Source: Cryomorphaceae bacterium (lineage in GTDB: Bacteria; Bacteroidota; Bacteroidia; Flavobacteriales_D; Cryomorphaceae). Taken from it: DNA of 64,000 nt. The position numbers were made by a program, and so were the translations under genes. Position 1 is the first letter of the stretch. The number at the start of each line of letters is the position of its first letter. Positions 11,134 through 20,831 of the stretch are shown here, piece by piece. Below the pieces are notes generated by a model. It saw only the letters and a list, made by a program, of their open reading frames with translations, did no database searches and had not been told where the DNA came from. The stretch spans positions 9,334 to 73,333 of the forward strand of contig PXBH01000145.1 in the NCBI GenBank assembly GCA_003565555.1, in the 5' to 3' direction.

Positions 11134-11682
11134 ATGTACACACCCAGGCTCAAGACCAAATATAAGGAAGAAGTAATGCCCGCACTGGCCAAAGAATTTG
11201 GCTATAAGTCGAGCATGGAAATTCCCAAAATTGAAAAGATTTGTCTCAATCAGGGACTCGGCGACGCGGTGGCTGATAAGAAAATTATCGACAGCGCCGT
11301 GGAGGAGATGACCAATATCGCAGGTCAGCGCGCAGTGCCTACCTATTCCCGAAAGGACATCTCAAACTTTAAGCTGAGAAAAGGAATGCCCATCGGAGCG
11401 CGGGTTACCATCCGCGGTGACAAGATGTATGAGTTTCTCGACAGGCTCATTTCGGTGTCTTTGCCCAGAACGCGCGACTTTCGCGGTGTGAAAGCCACGG
11501 GATTCGACGGCAGGGGAAACTTCACCATGGGCGTCCAAGAACAAATCATTTTCCCCGAGATCAACATTGAAAAAGTGAACAAAATCAACGGAATGGACAT
11601 CACGTTCGTAACCAATGCGAAAAGTGACGAAGAGGCGAAAGCTCTTCTGGGTGCATTCGGATTTCCGTTTACCAAGAAATAA
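11134..11682 (+). CDS. rplE: 50S ribosomal protein L5
   Basis: 182 aa in the canonical spc-operon position. Confidence 0.97.
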   Translation: MYTPRLKTKYKEEVMPALAKEFGYKSSMEIPKIEKICLNQGLGDAVADKKIIDSAVEEMTNIAGQRAVPTYSRKDISNFKLRKGMPIGARVTIRGDKMYEFLDRLISVSLPRTRDFRGVKATGFDGRGNFTMGVQEQIIFPEINIEKVNKINGMDITFVTNAKSDEEAKALLGAFGFPFTKK

Positions 11683-11690
11683 GCAGTAAG

Positions 11691-11960
11691 ATGGCAAAAG
11701 AATCAATGAAAGCCCGCGAGCGTAAACGCCTTAAAATGGTGGAAAAATACGCAGCCAAGCGCGAGCAGCTTAAAAAAGAAGGCGACTGGGATGCACTGCA
11801 GAAGCTTCCCAAAAACTCCTCTAAGGTGCGTCTGCACAACAGATGTCTCCTCACGGGAAGGCCCCGCGGCTATATGCGTCAGTTTGGGATTTCCAGGGTA
11901 ACTTTCCGGGAAATGGCCTTGGACGGCAAGATTCCCGGTGTGAAAAAAGCAAGTTGGTAA
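11691..11960 (+). CDS. rpsN: 30S ribosomal protein S14 (long, zinc-independent form)
   Basis: 89 aa containing [24 protein letters not shown]. It has only one Cys. Confidence 0.95.
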   Translation: MAKESMKARERKRLKMVEKYAAKREQLKKEGDWDALQKLPKNSSKVRLHNRCLLTGRPRGYMRQFGISRVTFREMALDGKIPGVKKASW

Positions 11961-11984
11961 CGCTCACGCAGTAAAAAGAACATC

Positions 11985-12383
11985 ATGTACTCTGATCCAA
12001 TATCTGACTACCTCACCCGCGTGCGAAATGCCATCATGGCTCGCAAAAAAGTGGTAGAAATCCCCGCATCTAACATCAAGAAGGACATCACCAAAATCTT
12101 GATGGATAAAGGCTATATTCTCAATTACAAATTCGAGGATGACAGCGTCCAGGGAAGTATTAAAATTGCTTTGAAATACCACCCGGTCACCAAAATGCCG
12201 GCGATCAAAAAATTGCAGCGCGCCTCCAGCCCCGGTCTGAGGTACTACCGAGGAGCAAAAGAACTCCCGCGTGTCCTCAACGGTCTCGGTATCTCTATCG
12301 TTTCGACCTCCAAAGGTTTGATGACCGATAAAGAGGCACGCGCCAATAATGTAGGCGGAGAAGTGATCTGCTACGTATACTAA
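11985..12383 (+). CDS. rpsH: 30S ribosomal protein S8
   Basis: 132 aa beginning MYSDPISDYLTRVRNA. Confidence 0.96.
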   Translation: MYSDPISDYLTRVRNAIMARKKVVEIPASNIKKDITKILMDKGYILNYKFEDDSVQGSIKIALKYHPVTKMPAIKKLQRASSPGLRYYRGAKELPRVLNGLGISIVSTSKGLMTDKEARANNVGGEVICYVY

Positions 12384-12404
12384 GAAAGAAAAGAAAAGAA
12401 AGCC

Positions 12405-12956
12405 ATGTCACGAATCGGAAAAGCCCCCGTAAATGTGCCCGACGGTGTTACCGTTACCGCCGCTGACGGGGTGGTAAAAGTGAAAGGACCCAAAGGCGAA
12501 CTCGAACAGGAGATTCTCGGCGCCATCGAATGTAAAGTCGAGGACGGTCAAGTGATCCTGGAGCGCAAGAATGAAGAGAAGCCCACCAAAGCCAAGCACG
12601 GACTCTACCGCGCCCTGATCAACAACATGGTTGAGGGTGTCAGCAAAGGTTTCGTGATCAAGCAAGAACTTATCGGTGTGGGTTACCGCGCCAAGGCATC
12701 GGGACAACGCCTCGAATTGGCGCTCGGATATTCTCACCCCATCGTTATTGAGCTGCCCGCTGAAATCAAAGTTTCCGCAGAGGCTGCCAAAGGGCAGGCG
12801 CCTACGATTATCCTCGAATCTCACGACAAGCAGCTTATCGGACAGGTGGCCGCTAAGATCCGGTCCTTCAGGAAGCCCGAGCCTTACAAAGGTAAAGGTA
12901 TCCGTTTCGCGGGCGAGCAAATCAGAAGAAAAGCAGGTAAAGCTGCAGGTAAATAA
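12405..12956 (+). CDS. rplF: 50S ribosomal protein L6
   Basis: 183 aa beginning MSRIGKAPV. Confidence 0.96.
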   Translation: MSRIGKAPVNVPDGVTVTAADGVVKVKGPKGELEQEILGAIECKVEDGQVILERKNEEKPTKAKHGLYRALINNMVEGVSKGFVIKQELIGVGYRAKASGQRLELALGYSHPIVIELPAEIKVSAEAAKGQAPTIILESHDKQLIGQVAAKIRSFRKPEPYKGKGIRFAGEQIRRKAGKAAGK

Positions 12957-12964
12957 TTCATCCC

Positions 12965-13318
12965 ATGTCACAATCGAAATTAGAACGCAGAACCCGTATC
13001 AAAAAGAGCATCCGCAAGAAGCTCTCGGGAACGGCTGAAAAGCCCAGGCTGTCGGTATACCGAAGCAACAAGCAGCTCTACGCGCAGATCATCGACGATC
13101 TGAACGGTAAAACCCTTTTGAGTACAGGCAGCCTCACCAACGCCGATGCGCAAAAGATTGCCAAGGTAGAGCAGGCCAAAATGGTCGGCAAAGACATCGC
13201 AGAGAAAGCGGTGGCTGCCGGTATCACCGAGGTGGTATTTGACCGCAACGGATACCTTTACCACGGCAGGGTAAAATCATTTGCAGAATCAGCACGCGAA
13301 GGCGGATTAAAATTTTAA
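12965..13318 (+). CDS. rplR: 50S ribosomal protein L18
   Basis: 117 aa containing [19 protein letters not shown]. Confidence 0.95.
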   Translation: MSQSKLERRTRIKKSIRKKLSGTAEKPRLSVYRSNKQLYAQIIDDLNGKTLLSTGSLTNADAQKIAKVEQAKMVGKDIAEKAVAAGITEVVFDRNGYLYHGRVKSFAESAREGGLKF

Positions 13319-13322
13319 GACC

Positions 13323-13841
13323 ATGTCAAAAGCAAACATAAAACGCGTTAAATCCAGCGAAATTGAGCTGAAAGACAGGCTTGTGGCCATCAACCGTGTC
13401 ACCAAGGTGACCAAAGGCGGACGCACCTTCAGCTTTTCGGCCATCGTCGTTGTCGGCAATGAAAACGGCGTGGTAGGTCACGGATTGGGTAAAGCCAAAG
13501 AGGTGACTTCCGCTATCGCTAAAGGAATCGATGACGCCAAGAAGAGTCTTATTAAGGTGCCTATCGTAAATGGTACCGTTCCCCATGCACAGATGGGTAA
13601 ATACGCCGGTGCGAAGATTCTGCTGAAACCCGCCTCGGGCGGTACGGGTGTAATCGCCGGCGGTGCCATGCGCGCCGTGCTCGAGAGTGTCGGCGTGAAA
13701 GATGTACTGGCAAAATCGCAGGGATCTTCCAACCCGCACAATGTTGTAAAAGCAACCCTCGACGCCCTTACCCAAATGCGCGATGCCAAAGCGGTTGCCC
13801 GTCAGCGGGGAATCTCAATGGAACGCGTCTTTAACGGTTAA
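13323..13841 (+). CDS. rpsE: 30S ribosomal protein S5
   Basis: 172 aa containing [21 protein letters not shown]. Confidence 0.97.
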   Translation: MSKANIKRVKSSEIELKDRLVAINRVTKVTKGGRTFSFSAIVVVGNENGVVGHGLGKAKEVTSAIAKGIDDAKKSLIKVPIVNGTVPHAQMGKYAGAKILLKPASGGTGVIAGGAMRAVLESVGVKDVLAKSQGSSNPHNVVKATLDALTQMRDAKAVARQRGISMERVFNG

Positions 13842-13860
13842 ATTTTTTAAGACAGGAGCA

Positions 13861-14043
13861 ATGGCCGAAAAAATCATCGTCACGCAGATTCGCAGCGCAA
13901 TCAATAAACCCAAATCTCAAAAAGCGACTTTGGAAGCATTGGGTTGCAAAAAACTTAACCGACCTGTCGAGAAGACATCCTCTCCTCAGGTATTGGGATT
14001 GATCGATAAAGTAAAACACCTGGTGAAGGTGGAAAAAGCCTGA
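13861..14043 (+). CDS. rpmD: 50S ribosomal protein L30
   Basis: The ATG at 13861 gives 60 aa beginning MAEKIIVTQIRSAINKPKSQKATLEALG. The ORF-track start at 13783 overlaps rpsE. Confidence 0.9.
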   Translation: MAEKIIVTQIRSAINKPKSQKATLEALGCKKLNRPVEKTSSPQVLGLIDKVKHLVKVEKA

Positions 14044-14073
14044 TCACCGGATTTTATCTAAAAATTGAAAGAA

Positions 14074-14520
14074 ATGGACCTCAGCAATTTGAAACCCGCA
14101 AAGGGCTCAGTAAAAAATAAGAAACGCCTGGGAAGAGGTGAAGGATCGGGCTATGGCGATACCGCCGGCCGCGGACACAAGGGCGCCAAGTCACGCAGCG
14201 GTTACAAGACCAAGCGCGGATTTGAAGGAGGTCAGATGCCACTTCAGCGCCGCGTACCCAAGTTTGGTTTTACCAACCCGACCCGTAAAGAGTACAAAGG
14301 CGTCAATCTCGATGTCTTGCAACGTTTGGCAGACGACAAAAAAATCGAGAAATTCGACTTGGCTGTTTTTATTGACAACGGTCTCTGCGGGAAGAACGAG
14401 TATATTAAGGTGCTGGGAAGAGGTGAACTCTCCGCTAAATTGGACGTAACAGCGCATGCGTTTTCCGCATCAGCGAAAGAAGCAATCGAAAAAGCCGGCG
14501 GTCACGCGACTACCCTTTAA
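14074..14520 (+). CDS. rplO: 50S ribosomal protein L15
   Basis: The ATG at 14074 gives [12 protein letters not shown] and [12 protein letters not shown]. The ORF-track start at 14065 is a TTG. Confidence 0.93.
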   Translation: MDLSNLKPAKGSVKNKKRLGRGEGSGYGDTAGRGHKGAKSRSGYKTKRGFEGGQMPLQRRVPKFGFTNPTRKEYKGVNLDVLQRLADDKKIEKFDLAVFIDNGLCGKNEYIKVLGRGELSAKLDVTAHAFSASAKEAIEKAGGHATTL

Positions 14521-14543
14521 GAACTGACTGAATCCCCACGGGC

Positions 14544-15872
14544 ATGAAAAACTTTATACAGACCATTAAGAACATCTGGAGCATTGAAGAGCTGCGTGAC
14601 AGAATCCTGTTTACGCTTGCCCTTTTGCTCGTTTTCCGAATCGGTTCCTACATCGTACTGCCCGGAATTGACTCCGCAGCTTTGGCCATTGCCAATGAAG
14701 GCGGAGGAGGACTGGCGGGTCTGCTCGACCTTTTTACGGGAGGAGCTTTCAATCGTGCCTCTATTTTCAGCTTGGGTATTATGCCTTACATCTCCGCATC
14801 AATTATCATGCAGCTTATGGGGGTGGCCGTGCCGGGCATTCAGAAAATGCAGAAAGAAGGGGAGAGCGGGAGAAAGAAAATTAACCAGTACACCCGATTT
14901 TTGACGATTGTCATCACGGGATTTCAGGCTCCGGGTTACATTGCGGCTTCAGTGCCGCCCGAAGCGCGAATGGACGACAGTGTATTTTGGTGGACCACAA
15001 GCATTATTATCCTTACGAGCGGAACCCTCTTCGTGATGTGGCTCGGTGAGCGCATCACAGACCGAGGAGTCGGTAACGGAATCTCTTTGCTCATCATGAT
15101 CGGTATTATTGCCGGGCTTCCGGGCGCTTTCTTCCAGGAAGTAGTGGCCGCTACGGGTCCCGAAGGCAACGGTCTTGTCATTCTGTTGATCGAGTTGGTC
15201 GCCTTGCTTGCTGTCATCGCCGTAACAGTCGCACTCGTGCAGGCAGTGCGTCGCGTACCGATTCAGTTTGCCAAAAGGCAGGTTGCCGGAAAGGAATACA
15301 GCCAAGGTGCCCGCCAGTATATCCCTTTGAAGGTCAATAGTGCAGGTGTAATGCCGATCATCTTTGCCCAAGCCATCATGTTCGTTCCGCTCTACATTGC
15401 ACAATATTCGGGCGCAGAGTCGGGATTTGTCGTAGAATTGGCTAACTTTGCGGGCTTTTGGTACAACCTGATTTTCTTCATTCTGGTTATCGCCTTTACT
15501 TACTTCTACACAGCCATCACGGTAAATCCGAATCAGATGGCAGATGATTTGAAAAGAAACGGCGGTTATATCCCGGGTGTGAAGCCGGGGCGTTCCACAG
15601 CAGATTTTTTGGATACTGTGCTTTCGCGTATCACCCTTCCGGGGGCCATCTTCCTCGGTTTGATTGCCATCCTTCCCGTGTTTGCCCTACAGGCCGGCGT
15701 GAAGCAGGCATTCTCCATTTACTTCGGCGGTACGTCGCTGTTGATTATGGTGGGCGTCGTGTTAGACACTTTACAACAAATTGAGAGTTATTTACTCATG
15801 CGTCATTACGACGGGTTGATGAAAACCGGCAAACTCGCCGGAAGGGCATCAACCTTCGGAATGGCCGGTTAA
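14544..15872 (+). CDS. secY: Preprotein translocase subunit SecY
   Basis: 442-aa polytopic membrane protein in the canonical position after rplO. Confidence 0.97.
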   Translation: MKNFIQTIKNIWSIEELRDRILFTLALLLVFRIGSYIVLPGIDSAALAIANEGGGGLAGLLDLFTGGAFNRASIFSLGIMPYISASIIMQLMGVAVPGIQKMQKEGESGRKKINQYTRFLTIVITGFQAPGYIAASVPPEARMDDSVFWWTTSIIILTSGTLFVMWLGERITDRGVGNGISLLIMIGIIAGLPGAFFQEVVAATGPEGNGLVILLIELVALLAVIAVTVALVQAVRRVPIQFAKRQVAGKEYSQGARQYIPLKVNSAGVMPIIFAQAIMFVPLYIAQYSGAESGFVVELANFAGFWYNLIFFILVIAFTYFYTAITVNPNQMADDLKRNGGYIPGVKPGRSTADFLDTVLSRITLPGAIFLGLIAILPVFALQAGVKQAFSIYFGGTSLLIMVGVVLDTLQQIESYLLMRHYDGLMKTGKLAGRASTFGMAG

Positions 15873-15900
15873 ATTTTTAAGAAAAACGACAAGAGACCGT

Positions 15901-16119
15901 ATGGCCAAACAAGCTTCAATCGAGCAAGACGGCGTGATCAAAGAAGCCCTTTCCAACGCCATGTTTAAAGTGGAACTGGAAAACGGACACGTGATTGTAG
16001 CGCATATTTCCGGTAAAATGAGGATGCACTACATCAAGATTTTGCCCGGAGATAAAGTGAAGGTTGAAATGTCACCGTACGATCTGTCAAAAGGAAGAAT
16101 CACCTTCAGGTACAAATAA
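15901..16119 (+). CDS. infA: Translation initiation factor IF-1
   Basis: 72 aa containing [20 protein letters not shown]. Confidence 0.98.
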   Translation: MAKQASIEQDGVIKEALSNAMFKVELENGHVIVAHISGKMRMHYIKILPGDKVKVEMSPYDLSKGRITFRYK

Positions 16120-16127
16120 GCCCGAAA

Positions 16128-16244
16128 ATGAAAACAAGAGCAAGCATCAAGAAGCGATCTGCCGAGTGCAAAATTGTACGACGCAAAGGACGTCTCTACG
16201 TAATCAACAAGAAGAATCCCAAGTTCAAGCAACGTCAGGGTTAA
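16128..16244 (+). CDS. rpmJ: 50S ribosomal protein L36 (zinc-ligand-depleted form)
   Basis: Hand translation gives 38 aa, [38 protein letters not shown]. It is below the ORF-track length cutoff and lies between infA and rpsM. Confidence 0.92.
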   Translation: MKTRASIKKRSAECKIVRRKGRLYVINKKNPKFKQRQG

Positions 16245-16259
16245 AAGAAAACGAACACA

Positions 16260-16637
16260 ATGGCCAGGATAGCAGGTATAGACTTACCAAAAAACAAGCG
16301 GGGCGTAATAGGCCTCACCTATATTTTCGGAATCGGACCGTCAAGGGCTTCCGAAATTCTCGAAAAGGCAGGTGTCAGCGAAGACACCAAAGTGCAGGAT
16401 TGGAATGACGATGAACTCGCCAAAATCCGAACCTTCCTCAACGAGACCTTCAAAGTGGAAGGTGCATTGCGTTCCGAAATTCAGACGAACATCAAGCGAC
16501 TGATGGACATCGGTTGCTACCGCGGTGTGCGTCACCGTACGGGACTCCCCCTGCGCGGCCAGCGTACCAAGAACAACTCGCGCACCAGAAAAGGAAAGCG
16601 CAAGACTGTTGCCAACAAGAAGAAGGCAACCAAGTAA
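16260..16637 (+). CDS. rpsM: 30S ribosomal protein S13
   Basis: 125 aa beginning [14 protein letters not shown]. Confidence 0.98.
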   Translation: MARIAGIDLPKNKRGVIGLTYIFGIGPSRASEILEKAGVSEDTKVQDWNDDELAKIRTFLNETFKVEGALRSEIQTNIKRLMDIGCYRGVRHRTGLPLRGQRTKNNSRTRKGKRKTVANKKKATK

Positions 16638-16661
16638 CAGCATTGACAAAAGTATAGCATC

Positions 16662-17048
16662 ATGGCTAAGACGAATACCAAGAAAAAACGCAATGTTAAG
16701 GTGGATGCGGTCGGAGAGGCACACATTCAAGCTTCTTTCAACAACATTATCATCTCCCTGACCAATGCTACCGGTCAGGTGATCAGCTGGAGTACCGCGG
16801 GTAAGCAAGGATTTCGCGGTTCAAAAAAGAACACTCCTTACGCGGCTCAGATCGCTGCGGAAGATTGCGCAAAAGTGGCCTACGAAGCCGGTTTGCGCAA
16901 AGTGAAAGTCTATGTGAAGGGACCGGGATCGGGCCGAGAGTCGGCCATCCGCTCTATTCATAACTCGGGAATTGAAGTAACTGAAATCATTGATGTTACG
17001 CCGATTCCCCACAACGGTTGTCGCCCGCCCAAACGCCGACGCGTTTAA
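16662..17048 (+). CDS. rpsK: 30S ribosomal protein S11
   Basis: 128 aa containing [16 protein letters not shown]. Confidence 0.97.
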   Translation: MAKTNTKKKRNVKVDAVGEAHIQASFNNIIISLTNATGQVISWSTAGKQGFRGSKKNTPYAAQIAAEDCAKVAYEAGLRKVKVYVKGPGSGRESAIRSIHNSGIEVTEIIDVTPIPHNGCRPPKRRRV

Positions 17049-17082
17049 TCACCACATTTTTAAAAGACACAATTAACTCGAT

Positions 17083-17691
17083 ATGGCACGATACAGAGGC
17101 CCGAAATCCAAAGTTGCACGCCGCTTCAGTGAGCCGATCTTCGGCCCGGACAAAGCGCTCGAAAGAAAGAGCTACCCTCCCGGAATGCACGGCCCCAACC
17201 GACGCCGCGGAAAACAATCTGAATACGCTGTGCAGCTCGCTGAGAAGCAAAAAGCGAAATACACTTACGGCATTTTGGAACGTCAATTTGCTAAAATGTT
17301 TGACCGCGCCTCCCGAAAAATGGGGATTACAGGTGAAATCCTTTTGCAACTCTGCGAAGCACGCTTGGACAATGTAATCTACAGAATGGGTGTAGCACCC
17401 ACACGCCGCGCTGCGCGACAACTCGTAAATCACCGCCACGTGACGGTAAACGGAGAGATCGTTAACATCCCTTCATACTCGCTGCGTCCCGGTGATAAAG
17501 TGGGGGTGCGCGAACGCTCTAAGTCGCTCGAGGTAGTGACGGAGTCCCTCGCAGGAGCTTCTACCAAGAAAACAGATTGGATCGAGTTCGACAGATCCGA
17601 AATGGTCGGAACGTACATTCAACATCCGACCCGAGAGCAAATTCCCGAAAACATTAAGGAACAGCTCATCGTCGAACTCTACTCGAAATAA
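17083..17691 (+). CDS. rpsD: 30S ribosomal protein S4
   Basis: 202 aa beginning [15 protein letters not shown]. Confidence 0.97.
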   Translation: MARYRGPKSKVARRFSEPIFGPDKALERKSYPPGMHGPNRRRGKQSEYAVQLAEKQKAKYTYGILERQFAKMFDRASRKMGITGEILLQLCEARLDNVIYRMGVAPTRRAARQLVNHRHVTVNGEIVNIPSYSLRPGDKVGVRERSKSLEVVTESLAGASTKKTDWIEFDRSEMVGTYIQHPTREQIPENIKEQLIVELYSK

Positions 17692-17708
17692 TTAAACCAC
17701 GCAAGGAA

Positions 17709-18701
17709 ATGGCCATACTAGATTTTCAAAAGCCGGATAAAGTCATCATGATTGAATCTGTCAGCAACACCGGCAGATTCGAATTTCGGCCCTTGGAGCC
17801 GGGCTACGGCATTACCATCGGAAATGCGCTCAGAAGGATTTTACTTTCTTCTCTCGAGGGCTTTGCGATTACTTCCGTCAAAATTGAAGGCGTAGACCAC
17901 GAGTTTTCCACCATCAAAGGCGTGGTTCAAGATGTGACCGAAATCGTCTTGAATCTGAAACAAGTGCGTTTTAAGCAGCAGATTGACGGAACGGACAGCG
18001 AAAAGGTGACACTGAGCATCGGCAACGCCGAAAAGTTTACCGCAGGCGATATCGGAAAATTCACCTCTGCCTTTCAAGTGCTCAATCCGGATCTGGTGAT
18101 CTGTGAAATGGAGAAATCCGTGAAGCTCGAAATAGAGCTCAGCGTAGGCAAAGGACGCGGATACCGCCCGTCTGAAGAAAATAAGGTGTCAAACGCACCC
18201 CTCGGAACCATCTTTATCGACTCTATTTTTACCCCGATCAGAAAGGTAAATTACACGATCGAGAACTTCCGTGTGGAGCAAAAGACCGATTACGAGAAGC
18301 TCATCATGGAAGTGACCACCGACGGATCCATCAATCCGAAAGATTCACTTCAGGAAGCCGCAAAAATCCTTATCCACCACTTTATGCTTTTCTCTGACGA
18401 GCGCATTACGCTTGATCACGAAGAAAAATCCGAGTCGGAGGAATTTGATGAAACTTCCCTTCACATGCGTCAGTTGCTCAAGACCAAACTTGTGGATATG
18501 GACCTCTCGGTGCGTGCCCTAAACTGTCTGAAAGCTGCCGATATCGATACCCTCGGAGATTTGGTTTCTTACAACAAGAACGATTTGCTCAAATTCCGAA
18601 ATTTCGGAAAGAAATCGCTCACCGAGCTCGAGGACCTTATCGAATCAAAAGGCCTTTCGTTCGGAATGAACGTGGCCAAGTACAAACTGGATAAAGAATA
18701 A
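17709..18701 (+). CDS. rpoA: DNA-directed RNA polymerase subunit alpha
   Basis: 330 aa. The N-terminal domain contains [17 protein letters not shown], and the C-terminal domain has the helix-hairpin-helix segment [20 protein letters not shown]. Confidence 0.97.
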   Translation: MAILDFQKPDKVIMIESVSNTGRFEFRPLEPGYGITIGNALRRILLSSLEGFAITSVKIEGVDHEFSTIKGVVQDVTEIVLNLKQVRFKQQIDGTDSEKVTLSIGNAEKFTAGDIGKFTSAFQVLNPDLVICEMEKSVKLEIELSVGKGRGYRPSEENKVSNAPLGTIFIDSIFTPIRKVNYTIENFRVEQKTDYEKLIMEVTTDGSINPKDSLQEAAKILIHHFMLFSDERITLDHEEKSESEEFDETSLHMRQLLKTKLVDMDLSVRALNCLKAADIDTLGDLVSYNKNDLLKFRNFGKKSLTELEDLIESKGLSFGMNVAKYKLDKE

Positions 18702-18746
18702 CGAGGCTTTTCGATTTCGCATCGCAAAAGTCCAATTTGAAAAGTC

Positions 18747-19424
18747 ATGAGACACCGCAATAAAGGAAATGCACTCAGCCGAAAAACGGCACACAGAAAG
18801 TCAATGCTTTCCAATATGGCGTGCTCACTTATCGAGCACAAACGCATCACCACTACCGTTGCGAAGGCCAAAGAACTGCGCATGTTTGTAGAACCTTTGA
18901 TTACAAAATCAAAAACGGATTCTACACACTCCCGCCGTATGGTTTTCAGCACGCTGAAGCAAAAAGACGCCGTGAGCACGCTGTTTCGCGATGTGGCGCC
19001 CAAGGTCGCTGAGCGGCAGGGAGGATATACGAGGATCATTCGCCTCGGCACCCGTCAGGGGGATGCGGCAGAAATGTGCATGATGGAGCTCGTTGACTTC
19101 AACGAAATCATGCTTGCCGATACGAAAACCAAAACGCGACGCAGCCGACGCGGCGGGAAGAAAAAAGCTTCAGAAACTGCTCCGCAAGCGGAAACTGCAG
19201 AAACGCAGGTTGCCGAAGCTGAAGTGAAGCCGGAGGAAACCGCTGATGAAAAAGCAGCTGCGCCCGCAGCCGAAGCGGTTGAGGCCACTCCCGAGGAGGC
19301 AACTGAAAAGAAAACAGAAGCTCCCGCTGAAGAGACCCAAGCGCCGGAAGCATCCGCAGAAGAGAAGAAAAACGACAGCGCAGGTAATGAAGACAGCGAT
19401 GCCGATACGAAGGATAAAGCTTAA
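18747..19424 (+). CDS. rplQ: 50S ribosomal protein L17 with a C-terminal low-complexity extension of about 100 aa
   Basis: The first 125 aa or so are canonical L17 ([23 protein letters not shown] through [10 protein letters not shown]). An A/E/K/T-rich tail follows. Confidence 0.93.
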   Translation: MRHRNKGNALSRKTAHRKSMLSNMACSLIEHKRITTTVAKAKELRMFVEPLITKSKTDSTHSRRMVFSTLKQKDAVSTLFRDVAPKVAERQGGYTRIIRLGTRQGDAAEMCMMELVDFNEIMLADTKTKTRRSRRGGKKKASETAPQAETAETQVAEAEVKPEETADEKAAAPAAEAVEATPEEATEKKTEAPAEETQAPEASAEEKKNDSAGNEDSDADTKDKA

Positions 19425-19449
19425 ATTTTTAAAAACTTTCACCGTAACA

Positions 19450-19483
19450 AGGGACATTGCCGTTGGCATTGTCCCTTTTTTTT
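19450..19483 (+). terminator. Intrinsic terminator ending the ribosomal superoperon
   Basis: Hairpin agggacattgcc / ggcattgtccct, with 11 of 12 positions paired. A run of 8 T follows directly. Confidence 0.8.
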
Positions 19484-19497
19484 AATCAATTTGCAGC

Positions 19498-20622
19498 ATG
19501 AATTCACCGAAACTATCAAATCAGCCCGCTGTCCTCTTGCTCAATGACGGCACCGTTTTCCGCGGAATGTCGGCAGGGGCCGTCGGTACCACTTCCGGCG
19601 AAATCGCCTTCAATACGGGCATGACCGGCTACCAAGAGATCTTTACGGATCCCTCATATTACGGACAGATGTTGGTCATGGCTGCTGCACATATCGGAAA
19701 TTACGGTGTCCATGAAGACGAAATTGAATCGTCCTCGGTGAAAATCGCCGGTTTGATTTGTAAGAAGTTCTCGGAGACCTTCAGTCGGGAGGGAAAAGTA
19801 TCCTCGCTTCAGAGCTACCTTGAGCGCGACGGCGTGGTCGCCATCAGAGATGTTGACACGCGGGCACTCATCCGCCATATACGCCACAAGGGGGCTATGA
19901 ATGCCATCATCTCCTCGGAGACGACCGATATTGAAATATTGAAGGAAAAGCTCAAAGCTACGCCTTCCATGGAGGGTCTGGAGCTCTCGTCTAAAGTGAC
20001 CTGTCAAGTACCTTATGAAATCGGCCGTTCGGATGCGGAATTTCGCGTGGCTGTTTTGGATCTGGGCGTGAAGAAGAATATTTTGCGCTGCCTCGAGGAA
20101 AGAAATTGCCTGCTCAAAGTCTTTCCCATGCACACCACCGCGGAGGAAATGAACGCGTGGAATCCCCACGGTTTCATGCTGTCTAACGGCCCGGGAGATC
20201 CCAAAGCGATGAAAGATACCGTTCAGACTGTTCGCGCCGTTCTTGACACGGGAAAACCGGTGTTCGGCATCTGTCTCGGACATCAGGTGATCGCCCTCGC
20301 CAAAGGACTTGAGACCGAGAAAATGTTTAACGGTCACCGCGGGATCAACCATCCCGTGAAGAATCTGACCACCGGAAAAGGCGAAATCACTTCCCAGAAC
20401 CACGGCTTTGTGGTGACGAAAGAATCAGCTGAAGCCGCTGAGGGCATCGAAATTACCCACATTCATTTGAATGACGACAGTGTAGCCGGTATACGTCTGA
20501 AAGATGCTCCCGTATTCAGCGTGCAGTATCACCCCGAAGCTTCGCCCGGAACACATGACTCCCGCTACCTCTTCGATATGTTTACCGCCGCAATGAAGGC
20601 CGCGGAGACCGTCGAAGTCTGA
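19498..20622 (+). CDS. carA: Carbamoyl-phosphate synthase small (glutaminase) subunit
   Basis: 374 aa. CPSase small-chain N-domain plus a class-I amidotransferase with GICLGHQ and QYHPE. Confidence 0.95.
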   Translation: MNSPKLSNQPAVLLLNDGTVFRGMSAGAVGTTSGEIAFNTGMTGYQEIFTDPSYYGQMLVMAAAHIGNYGVHEDEIESSSVKIAGLICKKFSETFSREGKVSSLQSYLERDGVVAIRDVDTRALIRHIRHKGAMNAIISSETTDIEILKEKLKATPSMEGLELSSKVTCQVPYEIGRSDAEFRVAVLDLGVKKNILRCLEERNCLLKVFPMHTTAEEMNAWNPHGFMLSNGPGDPKAMKDTVQTVRAVLDTGKPVFGICLGHQVIALAKGLETEKMFNGHRGINHPVKNLTTGKGEITSQNHGFVVTKESAEAAEGIEITHIHLNDDSVAGIRLKDAPVFSVQYHPEASPGTHDSRYLFDMFTAAMKAAETVEV

Positions 20623-20831
20623 CGGGCTTCGGACTTTTCTTCTCGACAGGACCCTTTCGGAAAATAATCATAAACCGCTGCCCGCCAACTGCACTTTCCT
20701 ATGCGGGGAGACATCGGCACCGAGGGGAACGATCATTGGAAAGCTAAACTTCTGTTTTCGGTAGGGTATTGTTCGGAGACCTTGTACAGTATATAGTTTA
20801 GACCGCTGTACCCAAAATTGATTGTACTCCT

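Noticed and set aside
13839-13851. The motif TAAATTTTT(T)AA recurs at three gene ends (13839, 15870, 19422)
   Set aside because: It is a short AT-rich string that includes the stop codon. Three occurrences in 64 kb of moderate-GC sequence are not compelling, and no associated structure exists at the first two sites.
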